From an uncultured Methanosarcinaceae archaeon (GTDB taxonomy: Archaea; Halobacteriota; Methanosarcinia; Methanosarcinales; Methanosarcinaceae), in assembly GCA_963727895.1 (NCBI GenBank), contig CAVSHT010000015.1, forward strand, positions 1 through 62,522: 62,522 nucleotides of DNA, in the 5' to 3' direction. The position numbers were made by a program, and so were the translations under genes. The notes under the pieces were generated by a model. The model had not been told where the DNA came from. It saw only the letters and a program-made list of their open reading frames with translations, and searched no databases. Below, piece after piece: positions 45,972-58,321 of this stretch. Each line of letters begins with the position of its first letter. Positions within the stretch are counted from its first letter, which is position 1.

Positions 45972-47325
45972 TCAAGTCAAAAAGCTGCCTGAAGAAAACG
46001 AAAGTTCAAAAGGAGCCGAAGATCGAACAGCTTCAACTATTGGATCTGCCTTTAGATCCTCAAGTGCAATATATCTGGCTCCGAGTGCACTGGAAATTTC
46101 CTGAGCAAGCCCAAACTTAATCATGCTGTTTTCAGTATCAATAACCGCAGATTGTATGTATTCTTTTCGGAACATAGAAGCTATTGTTTTTGTTTCCTGA
46201 ATAGGAGGTTCCCCGTTCATACTGACATTTGCCCTTCCATCAGAGATCAAAACCATAAAAGGACAAATACCAGGATCACGTTGAAGCTCTGTTTTTATAG
46301 TTTCATAACCTTTCATTAATCCTTGAGAAAGAGGAGTCTTTCCACCTGTAGGTAATTCCTGTAAATACTTTTGTGCCAGTTCTACACTGGAAGTTGGAGG
46401 CAAAACCAATTCTGCACTATTACCTCTAAAAGCAATAAGTCCCACTTTATCCCTTTTTTGATAAGCATCCATCAGCATTGAAAGAACTGCACCTTTAGAA
46501 GCTACCATCCGTTGCTGAGCCCCCATAGAACCACTGGCATCAACAACAAAAAGTACAAGATTGCCTATCTTTTTCTCCCGTATTTTAGTTCTAAAATCCG
46601 ATTCATGAATTATTATGGAGTTACCATTTTTTTCCCTTACGAGCTGGTAAGGTGCGGCTGCCCTCAATGTGGCATCAAAAGCAAGATCAATGTTTTTTTC
46701 ATAGGGAATTTCACTCTTTATATACTTTCCCTGTTTGGATTTTGTTAGAGTTTTGCTGCGCCGACCTGATCCATTTCGGTAATTCCTACGAAAATCAGTA
46801 GATAACTGCTTTATCTGATAACTTTCTCCTGTTGAAAAAAGAGCTTCAGAGGAAGCATCTGACTGTTCCTCATTATTATCTTGTGAATTATTTATATCAT
46901 CAGATTTCTTATCTTCAGGCTGAGCTTGAGATTTTCCTGAATGCTCATTATTCTCTTTATTTTGCTGCTCTCTTTTATTTTTTTTCTGATCTTTCTCTTT
47001 TTCCCTTTGTTTATCTATACTCTCATTCAGCTTATCCTGATTATTAGAAGGATTATCAAATGGCTTTTTACGCATACGATGTGAAAGAACTAGTTCTGCA
47101 GCTTCTTTTACATCTTCCTCAAAGACTTCAGTCCTCCCTTTTAAAGCTGCAAGTGTGATTGAAGTTTTCATCATTGTGATGTCCGCCCTGTGTCCATCGA
47201 CTCCCATATCAACACAGATCTGGCTAATCAATTCAAGCATATTATCTGAGATATTAACTTTAGAAAGCAATTCCTGCGCCCGGAGAATCTGCCCGCAAAG
47301 CTCGGACTCTGCAACCTGCCAGTTT
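45972..47325 (-). pseudogene. C-terminal half of a ChlD/BchD-like chelatase subunit (AAA lid, charged linker, vWA)
   Basis: VDGHRAD, DATLRAAAP, MIDAS DASGSM, GGKTPL, ISDGRAN; N-terminal AAA core absent. Confidence 0.88.
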
Positions 47326-48376
47326 TATAAGGAACCTTGACAGGAGAGGATTCATAAACCAGACCTCCTTCCGGAATCCAAGAATTGTTGGCATCAAGAT
47401 TAAGTTCAAGCCTTTCTGTGCTAATATTATATTTGGGATCATAAAATAACATGCCAAAAGAATCTGCTGTCCAGACACAGGAGTCAGGAATCGAATCAGA
47501 ACGGTTTACAGTAAGGGATGTGCCTTTAATCTGATACGATTTAATTTCATTTTTAGTCATATTGTAAGAACACGCCTGATACACATTATCAGCAACTTTG
47601 AAATCGATTAAATCATCGAGAATAGTGACATAATCTCCAGGCTGCATCTGTATAGGCACTCTATTTTTCAATACAATCTTTTTATCTGTAACTTCTGTGA
47701 CCTCAAACTTCCCATATTTATCTCCCACATTAATACTGATAGGTTCACTAGAATACTGATTTACGCTTGTAAGACTCACAATGGGATCTGTTCCATTAAG
47801 AACCCGACCAAGAGTTCCTTCAAGAATTGTACATTTAGTGCCGTTTATTGTTGTATTGAAGTTGAAATCTGAACCTTCTTCAAGAGACTTCGTAGTAATT
47901 GAAGTGGAATTTTTTTGAAGTTCAATGAGAGCAGAATTATTGTTCACTCCCTGAAGCACCAATTTGTAGCCATTTCCAAGATCGTAATCATTTCCCTGCT
48001 GAAGATCCCGACTTCCATAGCTAATCAGGCTCTCACTAAGCAAACCATTGTAAAAAACCTTATATTTTTTTCCAAAAAACGCAGTCGAGCCATAAGTTAT
48101 TTTCGAAGTGTATGTTGCATTTCCAGTATCAATAAGCCCATTTTCTGATAAATTAAGTTCCAACGACTCATAGTACGTACCAGAAGTAGTTGAATAATAA
48201 AATCCAGGGCAATTTTCTCCATTGAGAATTGTATGTTGTCCTGCTGAAATATTTACCCGAGGGCCACGTTGTTCAATAGCACTATTAGCAGGAATGATAA
48301 CAACTAAAACCATTGAAATAAAAAAAATAATGCAAAAATGGATAAAAGACTTGTTATTTTTGAGATATTTAATCAT
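47326..48376 (-). pseudogene. Methanosarcina-type S-layer-domain protein, C-terminally truncated
   Basis: Signal peptide, GPR start, GFYY...ESLEL, FKVAD, WTADSFGMLFYD...TERLEL duplicated-domain pattern; runs abruptly into chelatase sequence. Confidence 0.72.
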
Positions 48377-48743
48377 AAATTAAAAAAATAATGTAGCAAT
48401 ATATGTCAATTTCGTTTTTGACAAATAGAAAAGGAATTTATATAATAGTAGAGAAACTTTGATACTGAAAAAATACGACAAGATGAAGGATAATCTTTCC
48501 AAATATAAAGCATAAAAGATAATTGTAAAATAAGTAGGTAGATAATGAAATAATAATATAATATGAGAAAGATAATTTTGAAAATCAATAAATTATAAGA
48601 AAAAAATAGAAGACAATATATTGTTATCATAAAAGATTTAGATAAAATTTAGTATTCACAAATTTAATTTTATTATTACCATATATGGCAAAATAAAGAA
48701 TATTTTCGAAATAGTTATTAATTACTTACTATATTGGTCAATT

Positions 48744-49326
48744 ATGATATATAGAAAGGCTACAATATTCGGAATTGTTGCCCTGATTCTTATAGGCCTG
48801 ATAATATATTTTCAAATCACTCCACAAAAAAGTAGTATATCAGGAAAATTTCGAAAATTGTAATTTTGAAGGAGATCTTCTAAAATGTAAAGACGGTACA
48901 CTTTATCTTGATACTAAAAATTCGGCACAGACAGGGGAAGGGATCTGGAGTAAAAACGTGAGCCTGCCTCCAGAAAAAATTTCTTGGAAATGGGATGGAC
49001 AGGATCTTGATAAATTTAGTCTATGGTTAAAAGTGACATTCAGTGATCATAAATCTATTTACTATGTTGCAGCCGGGAGCAGGAATCCACAATCTGAAGG
49101 TGAATACTATCGGGATCAAGAAGATCGAAGACGCTTTTCACCATCTATTATAATTTCAGGAATTCCGATGAGTACGGTTGAAAAAGATCTCTTTGAAGAT
49201 TACGAAAAATATTGTGGGTCTGCTGAAAACATAAAGATTGAAAAAATAAGTGCAGGGTTTGGAGACAACAGTACGCTACATCAGAACATTTTGTGTATTT
49301 CAGACCTGAAGATGTATGAAAAATAA
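48744..49326 (+). pseudogene. Membrane-anchored hypothetical protein, one frameshift
   Basis: MIYRKATIFGIVALILIGLIIYF joins the 48958 ORF frame via a frameshift near 48843. Confidence 0.6.
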
Positions 49327-49353
49327 TAAAAATGTAATCATGGGAGTTTGGAA

Positions 49354-50887
49354 ATGAAAAAGAACAGTATCGTACTGGTGATTATATTTTCATTAATTTG
49401 TCTGAGTATGTTCAGGATGCACATCTTCACACATCGTGAATTCAGATCAAAAAGAAAATAGCAGTGGAGAAATCTCAAAAACAGAAATAGGTCAGACAAG
49501 TGATTAATTGAATCAAGGAAATATAAGCTCTTCGGAAAAAGTCTTCCCCTTACATTTACTGGGAGTATGACCTTGGAGATACAAATCCAGAAAATCTCAG
49601 TGAAGGAAAATCGAATGTTCAGGATTATGTTACATATTCCCTGGATGGAAGATCTGTAGCTGTTGGAACAGGAGAAAACCTGACAGTTGTTGATGTTCCA
49701 GACAAAAAAGTACTCTGGAAAAAGAACTTGGAAGGAAATGTTTCAGACATTTCATTTTCAAGAGACGGAAAATACTTGCTTGTAGGGGAAAAAAGTACTG
49801 ATGGGTACATTTATTCTCTGGATGCTGGCACAGGAGAAGAAATTCAAACAGTATAGAAGTGCAGATGACCTTGGTACCAGTACAAACCCAAAATATCAAC
49901 CCTGTATATACAAAATAACCGCTTCCAATGATTCCATATATGTTGCAGCAGGAAGATACTGGAAAGATACAGGATATGGACTGGCTTCAAGAGTATACAG
50001 ATTTAGTCCAAATGGCACTCTTTCCTGGAAACTCCCGAAAACAGAAAACTATGCCAGTAGTGTAAACTGGATTGACTCAAGCCTGGATGGGAAAAAAGTA
50101 GTTTTTTCAACAGGAGACTGGACAAATTCCCTTGAAATGGATGCAATGGTTTATTCTGTAGATGAAAATGGAAATCTGCGCTGGAAATACGATATTCCTC
50201 CTCTTAAACCTTATTTTGTTTCTGCAGCCATCTGGCACGGACTTGATATTTCAGATGATGGATCTATGATAACTGCCTACACAGGTGATGGAAGAAAATA
50301 CCTTTTTAATGACTCTAAGATGAAAAAATCTGGAGATGGCAGCTCTGAATGGAACCCTAAAGACTGGATATCCAATGTTACATCTCCAGAGAAAGTAGAG
50401 GGAAGTTATATCTATGCCTATGGAGAAGCTGCAAAAATTTCCAGTAAAAATGAGATACTCTACCTTACAGGAGCCACACTTCCTGCTTATTATCCCGATA
50501 ACATACCAGTGGCACATCCTCTTGAAAATTCTCTTGTAGCATGTGGGGTTGAAGAAGGAAACACTTCCTGGACCTATAATCTTGGAGGACGCTGTGCAGG
50601 GATCTTCTTTTCTCCAGATATGAGATTCTTTGTCCTGCCAGTAGGAAAAGACTCGTCTTCAGGCAATACTAATTTTCAAGGGATCTATGTCTTTGACAAC
50701 CAAAAATTGGGAGATGGAAATTCAAAGTTACTCTGGAAATTCAAAGTTACTCTGGAAATTTAATACAGAAGGTGTTGTTGTGGATGCTGCGATTTCTTCC
50801 GACTGTACAGTAGCGGCAGTTGAAGCTCCTCTAAAGCTTGAAAATGGAAACGTAACTGGGAAACACAGGTTAATAATTGTCAGGTGA
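49354..50887 (+). pseudogene. WD40/PQQ-like beta-propeller lipoprotein 1, frameshifted
   Basis: Signal/lipobox (GC), repeated SxDG and W-terminated blades; several indels including a 19-bp duplication. Confidence 0.75.
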
Positions 50888-50891
50888 GAGA

Positions 50892-52612
50892 ATGAAATGG
50901 AAAATTTTGATAATTCTGCTTATCTTAACTATAATCACTGCTGGATGTACTGAAAAAGCTCAGGATTCCGGAAACAGCAAAATAGCCCAGGGTTCGGAAG
51001 GATGCACAGAGTACACAGGAAATAAATAGTTCCGATGCCGGAGTGTCCATAGACTCGGTAGTATTTTCCAGGACTGGGGCTCTGATTACTCTAAAAAATG
51101 AGGCAAACATCTCACAGATAAAAATTAGCTCTGAAAATAATTAAACTGAATCAATAAATATTGAAAAAACGGAAAAACAAGCATTTGCCTCCTTTGACTG
51201 GACTCCTGAAGTTCAATACCAGTTTGAAGTGATAACAGACCATGGGAAAACCAGTTCTCTGGAAGTGTATGCTCCTGAAAAACCCGCTTTGAAAGAGGAG
51301 TATTCTATAAAACTTGAGGATGTAGATCCCGGATCTATTGAAAAAACTACAGAAAATGTAGAAGGTCTGGTAAAATTATCTCCTGACAGCAAGTATCTTG
51401 CTATCGGAACTCAAGGAGGTTCTCTGAAACTTATAGATCTTGCAACAGGTGAAAAAGTTTGGAAAAAACAGCTTGTTAAAGGCATAGCTGATGCAAGAAT
51501 TTCAGATATAGAGTTTTCAAAGGATGGAAAACGTCTTATTGTAGGAGAAGAGAGTCCTGATGCTTTTATTTATTGTTTTGATACGAATGGCACTGAAATC
51601 TGGAAATATGGAGCAGGTAAGGATCTGGGTTCAGATCTTGACCACATGCCAGCCATTAAAAAAATAAAACTGGATTCAAAAGGGAATATCTATGTTGCTG
51701 CCAGTAGAGCTTGCGGTTACATCGGATGAGAAATACAAGTATCTGGGAAAAATTTATTCCTTTGACCCTGAAGGCAACATGCGCTGGGAATTCCCAGAAT
51801 CAGAACTAATGGACTCTGGAGTTACATGGATTGATACAACCCCTGACGGAAAATACTCTGTTTTCGGCACTACCAACTTTGCAAAAGCAGACAAATGGAA
51901 AGATGGAACTGTACATGTTCTGGACGGAAATACCGGAAAAGAATATTGGAACTATTCAATCCAGCCACTTGAACCATTTTTTGACTATACTGCAATATGG
52001 TACAGTACCCAGATTACTCCTGATGGCAAAGATATAATAACCATGACCAGTGATGGACGAGCCTTTTTATTTAATAATTCCAGGATCATGGAAACTGGTT
52101 TCCCGGAAATAGAATGGCAAACAAACATTTCAACACCGGTTGTAGTAAGTGGAGTCCCTATTTACGGCAGTGCAAATTATGCATATATTGTCAACAACAC
52201 CCTTATTTTCTCAATAGGGAGCACTTTCTCCAAAGATAAGAACCAAAGATGCTCCAATAGAACATCCCAACGGAAACAGTCTTTTTGCCTATGATACTGA
52301 TGGCAACTTGCTGTGGAAATGGAGACTTGACGGCTATGCAGGAGAATGTGCACATGAATGACCGGTATCTTGTGATTCCGATAGCACAAAACCTGGTGAC
52401 TGAGGATAGAAGTGTTCACGGAGTATATGTTTTTGACTTATCAAAAAGCGGAGGTTCAAACTCTAAACTTGATCCAGATTTATAATACCAAAGGAATCAC
52501 AGTAGCTGCTGATATTTCTCCAGATGGCAAATATATTGCAGCCTTAGAAGCTCCTGCAAGACTTGATGACGGCACAGTGCTTGGAGAATATAAAGTGCAT
52601 ATTCTTACATGA
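50892..52612 (+). pseudogene. WD40/PQQ-like beta-propeller lipoprotein 2, frameshifted
   Basis: MKWKILIILLILTIITAGC lipobox; SPDSKY, TPDGKY, SPDGKY blades; paralogous to propeller 1. Confidence 0.78.
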
Positions 52613-52623
52613 GAGGAGAAAAA

Positions 52624-55600
52624 ATGAAAATTGTTTCAATAACGTGGAATTCCTACATTCCCACCCTCCTCAAAGCAGCCGACGATCTTGGTATAGAGCT
52701 TGAAGCCCACTATTCAAAGATTCTGGAAGATAATCCGGAAGAAGCTGAGAAAGTGCTATCTGCATGTGAACATGCAGACGCTATCTTTCTATATTATATA
52801 TCAAATCCTTTCTGGGAAGAGTTCTATGAAAAACTTGAACCATTAAAAACAAGGATACCTGTAATCTGTGTAGGGAGTGACCCTTCCTCATTGACTCTTT
52901 CTTCGGTGAAACTTGAGATTGCAGCTACATGTTTTTCTTACATCATATATGGAGGGCAGGAAAACTTTGGCAATATGCTGCGTTATATTTTAAAGGAAGT
53001 TTTGGGACGTGAGGTTGAAGCAAAACCTCCAGAAAAGATACCATGGGATGGGTTATATCATCCGGATGCAGAGAAAATATTCTCAAATGTTGAAGAGTAT
53101 CTCAACTGGTACGGACCTTTGAAAGATAAAACCGTGGGTCTGCTTATCTCCAGGACTTCCTGGGTAAACAATGAACTTGAGATTGAGAAAGCCCTGATAA
53201 AAAAGTTAGAAAATCTCGGACTTATCTGTTGTTCCTGTTTTTGCATATTCTTTGAAAGACGAGGAACTTGGAAGCAGGGGAATGGATGAGGTCATAGAGG
53301 ACTATTTCATAGAAAACGGCAGACCTATCATAGATTGCCTTGTAAAACTTTCTCCTTTCTTTATTGCAAGCCGTAAAACCTAAGAGAGAAGTACCTCATG
53401 CGCAGCAAAAGGCATAGAAGTCCTGAGAAAACTTGACGTTCCCGTATTCCAACCTGTGATTTCACATTATATGACTGTTGAAGAATGGCAGGAGTCAATG
53501 GGATTAAGCACTGAGATTGGATGGAGTGTAGCTCTACCTGAATTTGAGGGTGGAATTGAACCCATTATAATAGGAGCAGGTAAAAAAGAAGGAAATTACA
53601 TGGGGCGTTTTCCTATCGAAGACCGCTGCTCAAAACTTGCATCCAGAATTTCAAAATGGATCGAACTTCGGAAAAAGCCAGTCAACCAGAGAAAAGTTGC
53701 CTTTATCCTGCATAATAGACCCTGCACAGGGGTTGAGGGTTCGGTAGGAGATGCTGCAAATCTTGATTCCCTTGAAAGCGTGGCAAGAATACTGAACCGG
53801 ATGCAAGAGGCAGGTTATGACGTCAATCCTCCCGAAGACGGAAAAGCTCTTATTGAGACTATTCTCAAGAAAAAAGCAATTTCCGAGTTCAGATGGACTC
53901 CCATTAATGAGATTGTGAAAAATGGAGGGGTTCTGGCTTTTGTGGAAAAAGAGGAATATGAGAAATTTTTCAATACCCTGAGCCCTAAAGTCAGACAAAG
54001 AGTGATTGAGAGTTGGGGAAATCCTCCTGGAGAAGAAGTAAACGGTATTCCTGCTGCCATGGTCTACGATAACAAAATCGTTGTGACAGGAATACAGTAT
54101 GGAAATGCAGTGGTCTGCGTGCAGCCAAAAAGAGGATGTGCAGGTGCCAGATGTGATGGAAAAGTCTGCAAGATCCTGCACGACCCGGAAGTTCCACCAA
54201 CCCATCAGTACCTTGCAACTTACAGGTATCTTGAAAACACTTTTGGAGCCGATGTACTCGTACATGTGGGAACTCACGGAAACCTTGAGTTCCTGCCGGG
54301 AAAAGGAGTTGGGCTTTCAGAAGACTGCTATCCTGACATAAGTATCGGGACTATTCCTCATCTATATATTTACAACTCCGACAATCCTCCAGAAGGCACT
54401 GTTGCCAAACGCCGGAGCCTTGCTTGTCTGATAGACCATATGCAGACTGTCATGACCTCAGGAGGTCTTTATGAAAACCTGGCAGAACTTGACAGGCTGC
54501 TTGGAGAATACGAACAGGTAAAACACGATAAGGGACGGGCACATGCTCTCAAGCACCTGATCCTTGACGAGATTAAAAAATCGAATCTGGATTCCGAGAT
54601 AAAAGCTGATCATCAGACTCCTTTTGAAGAAATTATAAGAAAAGCACATGAAGCTCTTGGAAGGATAAGGAACAGTCAGATCCAAAATGGAATGCATATC
54701 TTCGGACAGATCCCAGAGGGCGAGAAAAAAGTTGAGTTCATAAACTCAATTTTGAGGTATGATGACCAGGGAAGTGTGGAGAACAAAGTTTCGATTAGAA
54801 GGTTGATTGCAGGACTTCTGGAACTTGACCTTGATGAAATGATCTCTGACCAGAGCCGGATTTCCAGAAAATGGAAAATCAAACGGACAGAGACTTGAAG
54901 AGATTGATTCTCTTTCTAAAGACTTTATAAGGACATTCATAAATAACCCTGAAAAAGAGCCAGCCTGGATAATCAAAGAGATTTTTGAAGGAAAAATCCT
55001 TGGAGAGCAAAATATCAATAGAGAAATAAATAACCTAGAAATAGAACCAGCAAGAATAATCAAAGAGATCTTTGAAGGAAAAAGCTTTGAAAAGCAGAGA
55101 ATCAAAGAAAAAAGCTTTGAAAAGCAAGAAATCAAAGATTTGAGCATAAATTACACATTTCTTCAGGATGCTGCTTCTATCTGCAACAGAATCCTTGACC
55201 TTGAATCCAGAATAGATGATTCTCTGGAAATTGAAGCTCTTTTTCACGGTTTTGAAGGAGGATACATTCCCGCCGGTCCTTCAGGTCTTATCATGCGTGG
55301 GAGAGATGATGTACTGCCAACAGGCAGGAATTTCTATTCACTTGACCCAAAAAAGATTCCAACAAAAGCTGCCTGGAGAGTGGGACAGCAGCTTTCAAAG
55401 GTTCTGATTGAAAAGCACCTCAAAGATGAAGGACGTTGTCCTGAGAATGTGGCATTTTACTGGATGGCAAACGATGTAATGTGGGCAGACGGAGAAGGAA
55501 TGGCCCAGATTATGAGCTTGCTTGGAGTTGAACCGATCTGGCTAAGCAATGGTCAATCTGAAAGGGTTCTCTGTAATTCCTCTTGAAGAGTTAGGTAGGC

Positions 55601-56601
55601 CCAGGATAGATGTTACTGTAAGAGTCTCAGGAATTCTGAGGGATAATTTTCCAAATTGCCTCGAAGTCATAGACGAAGCAATCCAGGCTGTGGCATCTCT
55701 TGATGAACCTGAAGATATGAATTATCCAAGAAAACACAGTCTTCAGATGATTGAAGAAGGAGCGGATTCCAGAGACGCTACTTTAAAGATCTTTTCAAGC
55801 AAACCCGGGACTTATTCAGCCGGAGTCCAGCTTGCAGTCTACGCAAGTGCATGGAAAGATGAAAAAGATCTGGCAGATATTTTTCTTTACTGGAACGGAT
55901 ATGCTTATGGGAAAAATGTAAACGGTAAAGAAGCCCACACCCAGCTTGCTTCAAACCTTAAAACTGTTGATGCTACCTTTAATAAAGTGGTAAGTGACGA
56001 GTATGACCTATTAGGATGCTGCTGCTACTTTGGAGTTCATGGAGGCTTTACAGCTGCAGCCAGGCAGGCTTCAGGAAGAGATGTAAGAGTTTACTTTGGA
56101 GATACAAGAGAACCTCAACATGTTGAAGTCAGGGATATGGCTGATGAACTTCGAAGAGTTGTAAGAGCCAAGCTGTTAAATCCCAAGTGGATCGAAGGAA
56201 TGAAACAGCATGGGTATAAAGGTGCACAGGATATTTCAAAAAGAGTTGGAAGGGTCTATGGTTGGGAGGCTTCTACCCAGGAAGTGGACGACTGGATTTT
56301 TGATGATATTACAAAGACCTTTGTGCTCAATGAAGAAATGCGCCGCTTCTTTGAAGAAAACAATCCCTATGCTCTGGAGGAAATGTCCAGAAGGCTTCTT
56401 GAAGCTCAGTCAAGAGGACTATGGGATCCTGATCCTGAGCTTCTTGAAGAGTTGAAAAAGTCCTACCTTGAGATAGAGAGCTGGATGGAAGAACTTGCAG
56501 GTGAAGGAGAATTTCAGGGTGGAGCTGTTGACATAGTTAGCTCTGAAGACGTACCTGATTGGAACGCGAAAATGCAGGAAATTCGAAAACTCCTCAAATA
56601 A
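52624..56601 (+). pseudogene. cobN: CobN/ChlH-family chelatase large subunit, multiple frameshifts
   Basis: VALPEFEG, HVGTHGNLEFLPGK, PEGTVAKRR, LPTGRNFY, GRPRIDV, LNPKWIEGM. Confidence 0.9.
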
Positions 56602-56616
56602 GAAAAAGGTAGTGGA

Positions 56617-58194
56617 ATGAAAAACATAAGCTTTTTTCCTCCTTGTACTCGTGTTAATTATACAGCCCGTAGCTGCACAGGTTCAGCAGGAGGATTTCAA
56701 ACCTGAAGATATGACCACATTCACAATTCAGGTTCCCCATGGAGTAGAAGGAAATGGTCTTGCAGTTGTGAGACAGCACACTCTCTGCATATCTTTTCTT
56801 TGAAAGCTATTATGACGGCAATATGAATGTGACAATGGAACTTGACTTACCGAAAGGTTTTGTGCTTCATGAGCCTTCAGTTAATTCATTTTCACTTCAT
56901 ACCGATTATGATGATTGGTATAAGCTTGTTGATTTTTATATACCTTCAGATACGCCCTGCGGAACTTACAATATAACTGCAAAGGCGGTTGTTGATGTTA
57001 AGGGAACAAAACATACTATTGTGCGTACAACCCAGCTTAAAGTTGCTTCAAAAAAAGAAGTCGAAAATGAAGTATCAGTATCCCAACTCATAGTACCATC
57101 AGATGAAGATGGAAATGGAGATCCAAGTCATCCTTCCAATACTCTAGTCATTCAGGAAACTTCCCCTGCACTTAAAAAGTTGCTGAAGGTTACGGACCTG
57201 AAGATCACAGGAAAATGACCTCACTTCAACCTTATGGGAATAGAACTTACCAATACCGGAAATAGTACAATTCCTGTCATAGTCACATATGATATTCTAG
57301 ACATAAAAACAGGTGAACCTGTAAAAGCGTTTAAACCTGATATTATGGGAATGAAAGCAGACACGTTGTGTTATGCCACTGCAACTCTTTCTCCAGGATC
57401 AAGTTCACTGATAAGCCTTCCCTATATATATCTCCAGATGCGATGGGAGGAGACTACCTTCTCAGAGTTAAAGTAAAACTTACAGGCAGCGACTGGATTG
57501 CAGTAACAAAAGATCAGAAAATTAACTGCAATTTCAAGGAACTGGGGACCTATAATAACTACGTTTACCGCTTCTTTACTTGGAATTACTGCTCTGGGCT
57601 TTTATTTCTCAAGATCCAAGAAGATAATGGACAGGTTTAAAACCCGCAATCTTGTACTAATTGCCCTTTTCGGCACAGTTTCTTTTGCAGCGATAAACCT
57701 GCCTATGACCATCCTGTGGGACTTATCCCATGCAATTTTCGGACCATTCAGTTTCCTGTTTACAGGACTCTTCAATGAGATTCTTCTTTACATGCTCATT
57801 GCCTCTCTTGTGGTCCTGATCCCAAAACCAGGAACTATAAGCCTTTTTATGATGGTCAGGTTTCTGCTTGGAGGTTTTATAACAGGAAGTTTCACCCCTA
57901 TAATTTTTATAACACTGTCAGTCAACGCGATAATTCTGGAGCTTATGTTGTATGCTGCAGGTATAACCGGCAAAAATCCAGCTCCAGATAACAGGTTCAG
58001 AATGGGAATTGTTTGCGGATTTGCTGATATGGTCAGCGGGTATGTGTCCTTCAGTGTCTGGATGGTACTCTACAGACTTTTTTACAGCGACTGGTACATA
58101 GCTGCAAATATTGATCGACGGGTTTCTCTACACTTTCATAGGAACCTGGTTTGGAATAAGTCTTGGAAATAGACTGAAAAAGGTGGTAGAATGA
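56617..58194 (+). pseudogene. Secreted Ig-like region fused to a C-terminal multi-TM domain (putative ECF S component), frameshifted
   Basis: Signal peptide, beta-rich extracellular part, then FKTRNLVLIALF...PKPG TM domain; directly precedes the ECF ATPase and T genes. Confidence 0.6.
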
Positions 58195-58321
58195 CAGCAA
58201 CTTTGGTCAGCTTTTCCTGGTCTTTGAAAGACATTACTCTGATGCCAGAGTTTTCGATCAAACATTTTTTGAAAAGGTTTGTGATCAAGCCCTTTTTGAA
58301 AAGACATGTGGTTGTGATACA

